64,000 nt of DNA, taken from Trichosphaerium sp. ATCC 40318. Taxonomy: Eukaryota > Protista > Tubulinea. Numbering within the stretch: the first letter of the stretch is position 1; each line of letters starts with the position of its first letter. The position numbers and the translations under genes are program-made. Where the stretch lies: contig JALMLS010000130.1 of the NCBI GenBank assembly GCA_038496445.1, forward strand, positions 1 to 64,000, given 5' to 3'. The notes below the pieces were generated by a model. It made no database searches. It saw only the letters and a program-made list of their open reading frames with translations, and was not told the origin of the DNA. Shown piece after piece: positions 47,006 to 59,800 of the stretch.

Positions 47006-50000
47006 TTATTCTTCAAAGCCTTCTGGGAATGCCTCAAGAACACGGACGTCTCCTTTTACAGTAACAACCGAGTGGATAGTTTGATCAACACCATTTGTGA
47101 ATTCGATCTGGTACTCACCTGGTGAGCTAACAATGTTTCCTTTTAAACGGTTAATACTAAGCAAACTGAAATTTCAAGTGTACCTTTCTCATCACCTACG
47201 CGTAGTGTTGTGTCCTTCATTGTGAATTTAACAGTTGTGCTATCTTTGGGTGCAAACGTCAGTATAAATTTATAAATAGATTCAGAGTGTACCTCCTGCT
47301 CCTAGATGAACACGTTGGAAACCAAATAATTGTTTTATGAGTGGATCAGCTGTAGATGTTCCCTTAGGGTAGTAGTACGCTTGAACTACTTCGTCACCTT
47401 CTCTTTTACCTATTAAACGGTCAAAAAAGCGTTTATCGTTCAATGAAAATAAGTGATTTGTTAAGAGACGTACCTGTGTTGGTTACTTTGACCTCATACT
47501 CAAGTTCAAATGCCTTGTCGTTCTCAACAATATGTGGCTCACCAGTGGTGGTATTATGCCATTCCATCTTGAACGTTGTGTATGAAAGACCATGACCAAA
47601 AGTCCATAAAGGTGTTCCGGTGTAATAACGGTATGAACGACCAGGTGGATTAGTCATACTCATATCCTGAAAAGTAAAAATGAGCAGAGCGCAAATGAGG
47701 CATTTGTACCAAGAAATTGCTTTCGTTGACGAATTTAGAGTCATAGATTGTGTAAGCAAGTTTACCACCTGGATTGTAGTCACTAAAGGTAAGGTTAAAA
47801 TAGAAGATTCAACTAAGATGCTCAACATACCCGAGCAGTGTCATGGCTAAAGCTTTACCACCTTGGTAACCTGGGTAGTATGCCTCTACAATAGCTGGCG
47901 CTTTGTCCTTCAATGCATCTATAGCAACAGCACCTCTAAATAGAGTTCGGAGTTAGCTGCTTGCATGAATAGCAGAAAGTTGTGTTTCAACAGTTCTCAT
48001 TTTTTTAACTTACCCGTTGAATAGTACCACGGCTGTTGGTTTACCAATACCCAAAATCATTTCAGCAAACTCGTTCTGTACGCCAGGTAATGATATTTCG
48101 TGTCTATCTTCTCCTTCTCTTTCAACAGTTGTGTCAATTCCAAGCATCATAATAACCTTAGAAAACAAACATTAGCATTGAAAAACCACAAACCAATACA
48201 TACATAATCAGCTTGCTCAACTGCTTGCTTAGCGGCTGCAAATCCACTTGTGCTCGTTCCAGAAACGGTACAACCCTCACTGAGGCTCTAAGATTGAATT
48301 TAACAAAGGAAAAAATAGTCTCTTGAAAAACCGTACTGTTTGTCCACCGACGTTAGCTGCTTTAATTTGAGCGTGTGGAGATAGTATGCAATTATATGTA
48401 TCATCTATAAGAATGTTAAAAACCTATCAAATGTTCAAGACTACAGACCTTTGCAAATTCTAAAGTTACACGTAAGTTGGGTGTATAAAAATCACGTGAT
48501 TTTTTTTAACGTACTGTCCTAAATAATTTCCAAGCAAAGCACCTGTGGCGTTTGCATGTGGACCTACAACAGCAATATTTTTTCCTTTTGGGAAAGGAAG
48601 TGTATTGTCGTCGTTCTTCAGTAAAACCATGGATTGAAGTGTTGTAAACAAGTTAATCTCTTGATGTGCAGCTGTTCCGACTACTGTTGGAGGAACATGC
48701 CAGTAAGGCTTTAAAGGGATAAGTTCGTTGAAACTAGAAAATGGCTGCGTACTTGATCGTCAATAGGATCAAACAAACCCAAATCGATACGAAGGCCAAG
48801 GGTGCGGTAAAGAGCAAGATCAACATCTGATTCCTTGATCAAACCTTGAGTGACTGCATTGTTCAAGTGGCTCAAGTATACGCTGCCACTACAAAGAGTT
48901 AGAAAAAGCACAAGTCACGTGATTATTGAGCAATTTCTTCAAAAAGGAAAAGGAAGAGAAAAAAAAAGAAAGTAACCTGTTGATATCGGTACCACCCAAG
49001 ATGCCGTCTGCGGCAGCTTCCTAATGAAAAAAATTAATATTCTGCATCTCCAGATGAACGCTTACTTCGTATGTCTTTGCGTAGTGATGAGCTCCATAGA
49101 TATCGAAAATAGCGCCAGAGTCACTTGTAACGTATCCAGTAAATCCCCAATCACCGCGAAGAGTAGAATTAAGAAATTTAGAGGCACAAGTAGGAACACC
49201 ATTAAGCGCGTTGTAAGAACACATTACACCTTTAGCATTGGCTTGTTGTACAGTGTCTTTAAACGCAGGAAAATAGGTATTGGCGAGATCATACTGCGAC
49301 ACCTTAGACAACAGTTTAGTACACTATACACGTGGACATTTGATTGTACCTTAGCATTAAAATTGTGGCGAGTCGCGCCATTGTAACTCTCAAGAGAGTA
49401 TGCGTCCCAGTGCTTCAATGTAACTACACCTTGTAGAAATCTCTTATCTTCGCCTTCTTGAAGCCCTCTGGTGTACGCAATACCGTATTGTCCGTTAATG
49501 AACGGATCTTCGCTTGCTACTTCTAAATTACGGCCCCAGCGAGGGTCACGGTTAATATTTATGTTTGGAGACCAACAATCCAAACCTAAATGTTGTGAGT
49601 CACATTTCGGAAACGTAGGCCCGAGAGAACAGTACCCATGTGCGGTAAGTTGTTTGCGTGGTTTTCACCAACACCTTCTAACCAAAGAGCACGCATTTCG
49701 ATACCAATAATTTGGCCCATAACCTACAATGAAAAGTTTTAGTATTTTTTTCATCAAATCACGTGATTGATACTAGCGTTCGTACCAATACGTTAGTCAT
49801 GTTCCATGAGGCACCAAGTGCGTTTGGATTTGGAAAAGACGTTGGACAATTCGTTCCACAGCGCGATTGAACACCGTGAACACAGTTAAGACCCCAATCG
49901 TATTCAGGAAGGCCAATTCTGTAAGTTGGTGAGGAAAATAAGGAAAATAAGTGACACTCCCCATTTCACACTCTTACCTTGATATGTTACCACGAGGCGA

Positions 50001-50314
50001 TTCGCGGGCTGTAAGAAGTGGTGGTTTTTCGTCTGTTTGTATTAGGGAAATGAGATTCTTCAATCGCTCATCTCGTGATAGTTTTGGATTACAGAAAGCT
50101 AAATGTATAGTTTGAGTAGGTTTATACACTTTTTGGATCAGAAACGTGTGAAAAAAGTTGTTTGTTAAAGATAGTGGTTTATCTAAACTGTGTGGATCGT
50201 GTACGTACGATATCTGTTAGTGGTGGGCGTTGAGCACGCTCTTGGTATTTTAATGGACTGAGCAGCGCAAAAAGCCACAAAACCCAGTACGAGCACTAAA
50301 TAGAAAGAGTGCAT
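47006..50314 (-). CDS. Secreted GH3 beta-xylosidase/arabinofuranosidase with Fn3-like domain
   Basis: WSPNININRDPRWGR..EDP, TLKHW, VMCSYN, YVTSD, GRSYRYY, FGHGLSYT. Confidence 0.95.
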
Positions 50315-50515
50315 TCCTATGACGTGCTACAGAATAGATTAGCTGGAGTACTACTTAAGGAAAGTCGCTTAAACCAACAGACATTCAAATAGCGTACTAG
50401 TGAGATGCCCTGACTTATTTGAAGGGTATCTAACGTAATAAAGTACATATCAAACCATTATTCCAATTGGTACAATTTCAAGTGGTTTAATAAGTGCTCC
50501 CAAGCGTCACATCGC

Positions 50516-53500
50516 ATGGAAAATATTTTGCGAGCGATTATAGCGTCTGAGCACCCCGAACAACGAAAATTGCTTCTATTGGCGTCAATCCTCAATAAAG
50601 TAACAAATACAAATATAAGCAACGGTGTCCTATGGAATATCGGACAAGAACTCGCTACAGCTGTAAGTACGAAATCAATCTTCGTTTAAAGCATTACAAT
50701 CGCAATAACTCATTGTGCCTGTTGCGTACAAATAATTTGTGCTAACAGGCAGATTCAGGGAAACTCAGCATTGGCTGTACTGGTCCTACGTAAATATGCA
50801 GCCATAGAGCCAGAACAATACAAGCAAAAGATCAATCCTACGTACATTTCAAAGCAAATATTCGAAAAACGCCTTGATACGAAGCAAATACATATACCAT
50901 TGGATATAACCAAGGCACTACTAACTTGCAAGCGAGGTAAAAATTGTGACAGCCAATCAGAAAACGAGTTCTAGCAAATTCTTTTTTTTCCCTCGTTTTC
51001 TTCTTCTGACTTTATTCGCACCCTAGAACACGGAGGTGATCCAACAAGTGAATTAAACTTTGTGTCTAAGATTATACAGTTGATATTCAACAGAAAAGGG
51101 ATACCTCCTATACGTGCTCAAGTAGGTGTGCTTAGTTTATTACAAACTTGTTTTTGTAACAATAACTTGTTAGATTGCGATGGTGTCATTCATTAATGAA
51201 TTTTATATCTTTCCTGTTAAGTACATCCTTGGCACAAGTGTCGCTGTGGTACGTTAACATACCTGGTATCCCAGAAATACTTTGATTCTTTGTATGCGAA
51301 TGGAGCTGACACTTATCTTTTTAAAAGAGTCTTATTAAATTAATGAATCAAACACCAGTGACATCAAAGAAAGAATGGCATTCTTATGTTGTACCTTGTT
51401 TAACAATGTTGAAGAAAATGGAGAACGAACACCCAACGTAAAGCAATACAAACTTACTAATGGATAGTATGATTAACTCGTTATCTAGATTACCAAGTCT
51501 CGTTTTTAATGAGCTTGTTAGCTTGGTTTGTGGATTATCGGCGATAAGAAAAGGTGTTATTGGTGTACTTGGCCTTCCTTTCTTAAGATCAGCTATACCA
51601 GATCAACTTCCGTGCCCACCTGAACCAGGTTGGCCTTTAGCCAAGTTACTACTTTTGCCATGCTTCCCAGAGGTGATGGTTTGGGTTGAGAAGCTCTTGG
51701 AAGCCATTATATCAACAAACAATACACCAAAAATTATAAAATTAGTACCTGAGCTTGCTTCTTGGGGTACGTTATTATACAAGCTTTTGGACTATTTCTA
51801 CTGGTTTATCATTAATTATTTGTTAGTTAGCAAACAGTTATTGATAGTTGGCCTCAGAGAGAATGCTGTCAAGGTTTTGAGACGTCTTTTATTAGGATAT
51901 CAAGTATCTCCCAATGCGTTCCATAAATGTTTACCTCTTATTGAAATAGCCTTGGAGCGACTTATACAAGAGAAGGTATATACATACTTGTAATATAGAT
52001 TTGTTTTGCTAGGTAATGATAAAATACAGGAAAGTACAGATACAAGTGGGTTAGAAGAAAAGAAGCCGGTTGGTATGCAATATGAGATTATTGAAGAATT
52101 GCAAGCTTTTTCTGAAAAAAGCCAGCCACCACCTGCTAGAACTAAGCCACAACATGATACTGCCTCTACTTTATATAGTCTAGTACAATTGCTATACATC
52201 CAAGGTATGTACATTTCAGACACGCTGCTGGTTTTTCGTTTTGTTGATTGGCTTATTTTTTACACAGCGTTTAAACATCCTGGTCCACAATGCCAGAAAC
52301 TTGGTGAGTTACTTCAAAAGACTGGTATACCGGAACCTTCGGAAGATATTACTATTAGCACGCTCAAGTTAAACTTATGGACAATGCAGATGCCTGGAGT
52401 ATCGAGGTACGAAAGAAACTGCTGGTTTTTTTTTCTTCTTCTTTTTTGGCACAGAAATTCATTGATTTTAGTGGCGGCGGTGATTATGTAGATGTTGAAG
52501 AAGCCGAAGGCTTGGGTAGGTCCGTTGATATGCAACCAGGACTTTTTAACCTTGGAAACACTTGCTACATGAATAGGTATACACGTGATAACTTAGTGGC
52601 TATAGATGTGTAATTAATGTTTTTTTTTTAAAGCGTTCTTCAGGCACTTTTTATGAGTGATGCTCTTACGTTTGCTGCATTCACAGGAAAGGGTCCAAAG
52701 GATGCAAAGAAATCTAAAATATTTAATGCGTATCGCTCACTTATGGCGCATATGATGCTTTCTGACAGAAAGGCCTTAGTTCCGAAGGGTTTTAGAAGTG
52801 TACTAGCTCCTCATTGTTTGAACTTCTTTCACCTTTTTCTCTTTCGGAAACCCCATTTTCTGATTCTTGGTTATAGACGCTTTCTACTCAATGGCAATCT
52901 TCCAGACAACAAGATGCTGCAGAATTCGGAAAGTAAGCATTTTTCTTTTTTGCAGATTTACAAATGATGACGTTTTAAGGTATTTGCTTGATGGATTAGA
53001 GGAAGAAGGAGACAAAGATGATATTTTGCATCAAGTTTTTTGTGGTGGAAAAATGTCTACCACTACAGAATGTAAATCTTGTTCACATTGCTCTGAAGCA
53101 AAGGTACCCTTCAAAGAGATAGTAATTCCTATTTTTTGGGCTGAACTTGGATGTGATGTCTCCTCCTGTCAATGCTGCAGTTTTCTGGCCATAGCTTCCA
53201 AGGAATGTATTAAGAGTTTTGTTAGGAAGACTTTATTGACTTGATGCTGTCATTCCCAGAAAAGAGCAATGGAAGCATTAGTCTTGAGGAGCTTATAATT
53301 AATTTTTTTCAACCTGAGGAGTTATGTGGTGATAACCAATTCAGATGTTCTCAATGCGATAATCTCGTTGATGCAACACGTGTACGTAGATAATATATAA
53401 GCACCTAATGGCATCATAAGTAATACTGCCTTACACAACTATAGAGACAGCAAATTATCGAAGCACCAGCACATATGATGATTACCTTGAATCGGTTCAC

Positions 53501-54492
53501 TTTTGATTTCAAAACACAGAAAGGTGGAAAGATATTACAGGAAGTAAGCGATTTTTTGTTATTCTTTTCTATGCAGTCTATGGTTTAAATAATAAAATAC
53601 TAGGTATTGTACCCTGAGCAGTTTGTTTTACCTTCAGGAAAAGATGGCAAGAATTTAGTTGGTACGACTTTTTCAGGTTCTCTTTCCAGCAGAAAAAACT
53701 CGTTGGAAGTAAAATTCTACAGACATGAAAAGGTCTGTGTTTTGTTTGAATTTCAGAAGTTTTTGGGAGTTTGTAATAATGACGCAAACAATTCTTTTAT
53801 GATTTTGCAAAAAGAAGTTGAGCTGTCATAACGCTTTAACTTACTTGATGTTTAATTAATTACGTTTGTAGAGTATACACTATACGCTGTTGTTATGCAT
53901 TCAGGTGCATCAACTGAATATGGTCATTATTACTCCTATGCAAGGCACTCATCTAAAAAAGGTAACAAAGAAAATTGAAGTAAAGTTTTAACTTTGCTTG
54001 TTGAGTAGGAAGTCAGTGGTTTAGGTTCAATGATTCTTCTGTTGATACAACAACCTACAGTAGCTTTAGTAGATTATCAAAGTCTTTTAGCAAGGATGTA
54101 CCTTACATGTTATTCTATTCAGACAACAATCGAATACCTCGTAAGTCTTTTGTGTAAAAAAAAAGGATAAAAAATGAAGAAAAAAGAAGGCCTCAGAAAC
54201 TGACTCTTTTCTCTAGATGTGAACCTTATTGTACCACCAAATCTTATCATGGATGTTACACAAGATAATAAAAAGCTTATGGAAGAAAAGAAGCGACGCA
54301 CAAAGCGTAGAGTACGTACAAGGAAAACCTCAAATACCATTCTCTTGTTTTTTTAATTAAATCTTGTTTTAGAAGACAACTGCGTCCTCCTTTCCAGGAG
54401 TAAACAATTTTCGTGGTCCACCTGGGCCTGATAGTTTTGGTGGTCCACCACCAGGATTTGGAGGAGGAGGTGGAGGACGTCTTATATTCTAG
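50516..54492 (+). CDS. USP38: Ubiquitin-specific protease, USP35/USP38 family
   Basis: N-terminus MENILRAIIASEHP, GLFNLGNTCYMN, QQDAAEF, HSG..GHYYSY, WFRFNDS, C-terminus GGGGRLIF as in USP38. Confidence 0.88.
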
Positions 54493-55300
54493 GTGCTAAA
54501 AACTGAATAAGGAAAAATGTAAAAAAAAAGTATAAATATTCACACTTTTTTTTGTACTTCTCGTGACACTTGTCGTTTTATTTTTTTGTTACAACTTTTT
54601 CTTAGTGAGTTTACTAAAATCAATAAATTGAAAAAGAAATTTTTATTTAATTTCGTTTGGTGAAGGGAATTATAGGCAAACTCCAAAAAAACATCAGTAA
54701 TAAAATCATCGATTGTTTTTTATTTTTACTGTCGTGTTATAATGCTATACGTTACATGTTACGTTACAAATATTTGGTAAAACTAACTTTCCCTTCAATC
54801 AAAGAAAAGAAATGCAGGAGGAATAATAAAAAAACTGTGTGTGACGATTTGCTGACGTTTTATTTTTACTTGTTTTTTTCTCAGTTTTTTCGGGGTTTTT
54901 TTGGTAGTTTTTTTCTCGTTCCGTAAATACTAACAATATCCTAGAACTTATCTATACTACGCTTCACTAGTGCGGCTCATGACACTTTACGTAAAAAGAC
55001 GACTCCCAAGTTTTTGAGACGTTAAAATTTTCTCGGATGTAACTTATGACGAAAAAGGCAAAAACGTAAAAAAACTAGCCTCAAGTTTAATAACTTTTAT
55101 CAAATGTAACTGGTGAGTACGCACCGTATTATATTACGTGTCCTAAAGGTGTTTATATTCCAATTAGCTCCCGAGGTGATGTCATTGAGAGTTCTTATTT
55201 CTCCGTCTACGTTGAATTTGACAGTCAAATTCTGTGGTCGTACACAAATGTCCTAAGCGCCAAATGCCTAAGCAACGCGTATATCGTTATATAAATATAC

Positions 55301-55972
55301 ATGGAAGATAATGATGGCAACTATAGGAAGATACAAGACGAAAAGATAAAAAAACTCGAGGCGTTTGAAGACGCTAAAGAAGAGATGTATGATTGCTTGG
55401 AAAGGTTGAAGGATATGTATAGTCAGTGTTTCCGAGGTTCAAACGAATCAGTAAGAAGTGATGGGGCTATATTTACGCTGAGAGAATATGAGAGTTTACA
55501 TAAAATATTAAGAGTTAAAGAGAACTCAGATAATGAAAAGAGACAGTCTGAAGCAAAGGCAGTAGCTGAAGGCAAGAAACCTAATAATGACTTCTATATT
55601 GTACATCCTTCAGTTAGTGTAAAAGAAGCAAAGGAACCAACTGACGAAGACTTTTTTGTTCTTCCTCCAAAAAACACTGAAAAAAATGTCATAGAAGACA
55701 AAAATGATGGGTCGTCTTTGACAACAGGTGTTCAACTTTGTAGCGACGGAAATAATGATCTTCCAATTTCTGTACATACAATGATAGCACCTGTAATGAG
55801 TACATGGTCTTCTGAAGGGATGGAAGTACAAGAAGGAGTAGATTCAATGCAGATGTTTTTCTCGTCTACCATGGAATCTAATTTGATAAATACTGGCGTA
55901 CGAATGGATAGTGTTGTGGAGACCTTTATACAAAGTGAAGATGATGAAAGTCATGAGTGTAGTAGAGAATAA
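55301..55972 (+). CDS. Intronless acidic orphan protein (223 aa)
   Basis: Long purine-rich ORF with TATATAAATA just upstream of the ATG and an N-terminal coiled-coil-like segment. Confidence 0.7.
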   Translation: MEDNDGNYRKIQDEKIKKLEAFEDAKEEMYDCLERLKDMYSQCFRGSNESVRSDGAIFTLREYESLHKILRVKENSDNEKRQSEAKAVAEGKKPNNDFYIVHPSVSVKEAKEPTDEDFFVLPPKNTEKNVIEDKNDGSSLTTGVQLCSDGNNDLPISVHTMIAPVMSTWSSEGMEVQEGVDSMQMFFSSTMESNLINTGVRMDSVVETFIQSEDDESHECSRE

Positions 55973-56809
55973 AGCGATAATTTTAGAATCGTTTTTGGTA
56001 AAATAATCAAAAACCCAAACAAAAGACACTGCCGTGTCATTGACATGGACCAAAAAAAATCACGTCAACTTCCTTTTTAGTAATAGTGTTTTTTTTCTTT
56101 TTTTTTTGAGAAAAGGAGAGCGTTGAAGATAGTGTGGCGTTGTTTTACATAGGGAAAAGTCCACGTTCGTATGTTTATACGCGTTTTTATAGTGTTGCTA
56201 TTCTGTTTGCTGAAGAAAGCGTACTCGGGTGTTTTGATAATGCGAAAAGTACCAGGTCAGCACAGGGCTCTTTGTTTGTGGTTTGCTATAATTAGTATTA
56301 AAAAAAATGAACATCACAAAATAAAACTACGTTCAAGATGCAGAAAACTGAAAAAATTTAACTTTGAACAGAAGAAAAATTATGTATGTTCAAACTTTGA
56401 CGTCATATATAATGTTCGAGAACGTGCAACAGAATATTTTTTCAAGAATTATAATTATAAATTGTGTGCACGTGATACACGAGACTTTCTGTTCAGAAGC
56501 GTGTTTTACTTCAATGAACGAACGAATATTGTTTCTGTGGGATCGGTATAGTACGATCTCTCCGCGACTGGTATACTATTGGCACTTGGACCTCCCAAGT
56601 TGCTTAATTACCTTAAAAAGAAGTTCAAAAAAAGACTATAAATACCACAGGTTATTTGTACAAGATACCACGACTTTCCATTGATTAGGCTGAAACACTT
56701 GTACCAAATAAGCTGTATAGTAATTTTCTGGCATGCTTACAATCAGACACAGAGATTGCTCTAGGATAAGATATGCAATGTATAGGCTGATTTTGTGAAA
56801 AAATAAATT

Positions 56810-59800
56810 TTATTTACAAATCTTATGCAGCTTATTTTCTGCAGATTTTAACTGAGATCTTGTTTCTTTTAGAGCTTCTCTTGTATCTGCAAGCTGTCTT
56901 TTAAGATCATCAATATCTTCTTCACTATGTTGCGAGCTCACAGTTTTGACACTATTCCTTTTTGACATTCTTGATCCTCTAGTAAAGTATTGTCAATAAG
57001 AAGCACCTCTGATAGCTTACCGCTTTGAATCCTCCTCAGTGTGAGTATAGACTGACCAAAATTTAGGAATAAACATCGCTCCCAGTGTAACTAGTAAAGA
57101 ATTAGTAACATACCACGTGAGGTTGAAACAGATGATGGGATCATCGGCTCTGTGATTCGTTTGGTGTATATATCACTGTACCTGATGCAATGAACCATAT
57201 TCCGAGGGATACAACTATACTTACAGTTGCCAAAGACGAAACAGAAGTTACAGTGAACCCGAATATCATGATAAGTGTTGCCCAAACCATATCATTATAT
57301 ATGATTGCAGCCATCCATCTTGACTCATTGTATAAACTTGGTACATTCCTAACTGCAAAAGCAAAATAACAGCCAGCTATAAGAATAATACCCTAACCAA
57401 TAAGTCAGACAAGATGAACTACAACGTAAGACAAAGCAAAAAAAAAGACATACATCGAAAACAATAGTAAGAATCAAAAAGACTTGACCATGTTTGCTTG
57501 AGCATTGTTTCAACATAAAGTTGTCGTTATCTTTATCTATTGATAGTGATATTGTGTTTCTTGATGTAGCTGTCCAAACAATTAGGATTATCTGGTTTAA
57601 TGTTAAGATAAATAACACGTGGATGAGTTTTAAAAGAAAAAAGTAGGGGTAGCTTGGATACGAGTTGCAGTACTATTGGTACAAGTGTTATTTGTATCAA
57701 CTTTGGGGCTGTAATAACAGTTAATGACAAATTTTTGCGATCAAATATGCGCTTAATCCTGAAAGTTTTTGATAGTATTGGTCTATAATCAAGTAAGTTA
57801 ACCTCGTACAAATAAATCGAAACATACGCCAACATAGCAATAAAACCTAGCAATGGCAACCAAACTCTCAACTCACAGAATGTATCAGATACAGGCGCTA
57901 TCCTAAACAAGCGAAGAGTAAGAAAAGATGAACAACCAAGTATTAACAGCAACGTACCAAGCAAAAGCACCACCATATGCCAAAGCTATACCGACAAGTA
58001 TTACAATCAGAAACTCTTTTGTTGATGCAACAATTACTGTTGCAGTCCTTAACACAACATTGTCAACATTCATTTTCAAAACACGTGTTTTTTGTATTAT
58101 CCGCGTGGACGTACCAATTTAAGACTACCAACACAGCTGCAATTATAGTCGCTATTAACCCAACGCTTATCAGACATAGCGCAACAATAGTAGGTACATC
58201 GCTCCAATCACTCCATTCTCTTATTATTCGTATCTTATCTTCAATAATAATACTCAATACATGATCCTGAAATACAGTTCTGAAGGGTATTGTGACATTT
58301 CCTTCAGCCTTTATGACCATACTAGATATCATGGATGAAACAGGTGCGATAGTATCATTTGTAAAACGCATCAATAAGATCTGTTGTCCAACTGTTTCAG
58401 ATCCAGAACTTCGAAGTTCTATTACACTATTGTCTACAAAAGTATAAGCCGAAATTGTTATAGATTTACGCTTACTGAAGTCAGGGTTCAAAAGCCAATT
58501 AATAAAAGAAGGGCCAATTGTCATAAAGATAGAGCTGTTGTTAAACGAACATTTAATAGCAACATCAAGCTCGCCCTTAAAAATAGCGTTAGATTAGCAA
58601 TAAAATATCTTTGAACAACTTACTTTCGCAGTTAGGCTTGAGTTCTCAAAATTGAAGGAAGAGTCAGAACCACTGAGTACTACGTTGTCATCAATAGATA
58701 ACCTAGAACCAGAGTAATAGTTAATAATACTATTCTCCATGTGCAATGAGATTCTTGAATCCCTGTAAATGTCAATAGCACCTATCGGTTAATAAGTATT
58801 GATATGCCCTATCACGTGTTCATGTCCTTTGCTTACCGTGATTATCAACAAGTATGTCAGTCAGGGTCAATGCTCCGATGTTGAACATAGTACCACATCC
58901 TTCTTCAAGTATAATTTCTGCACTGTCACGTTCTACCCACGTGTCGTTTACATAACGATTTCCCTATTTTTAAACGAGTCAGAGTTTGGTACTACTAGTA
59001 GTGTATGAAGTTGTGCAACATACTACTATGTGTCCTCCAGAATACGTAAGGGAGCTAGAAATACGAAGTGTGCTTTCATGATGTATAATAATTTCACCGT
59101 CCTCTACTGAGAACGAAGGTACTGTTAATGGTTCGAGCAAGTCCCATGAACCTAACAAAGGTACCGTCAAGTGCGTGTAGTTCGTTCCTATTACGGGTAT
59201 GTAAGCTTATTTTAGGTGAATACCACCAACCTCTACTTCCTTGAGGCAGAAAGCCAGATATTTCTTCAAGAACAGTGTTTTCAATTATTACGACTTCTGT
59301 TCCAGAGATACCTCAAGATAACGTAAACAAATACAAGACTAAAAAAGTCACGTGTACTTACTATGTTTGGTGTTGGATTCAAAGAAACAATCTTGAATTG
59401 TGTTTGCAATAGTATACACTCCACCTCCATTTTCTGCTTTGTTTTCAACAAAACTACAGTTTCTGATGACTGCATTGTCATCAGATTCATAAGCGATTGC
59501 TCCACCGGTTATAGGCGCTGTATTAAGTCTGAAATTCGAATCAACAATAAGAGTGTTAGGGTTGTTGTTCATATACAAAGCACCTCCCTTAAATCACATT
59601 ACATCAGTACTTAAGTCCAAACAACTCACTTAGTTTCAACGTACAGATCCTTTTGCGGTATTTTGAATGAAGGTTAGGTTGCGCAATACTGAGTTTTCGT
59701 TATTATTAGTATAGTGCATACCGCCACCATCACCAACGGCAGTATTGTTCTCAAAAATCGAATATTCAATCGACATATCAACATTGTTGTTTGTAAAGGC

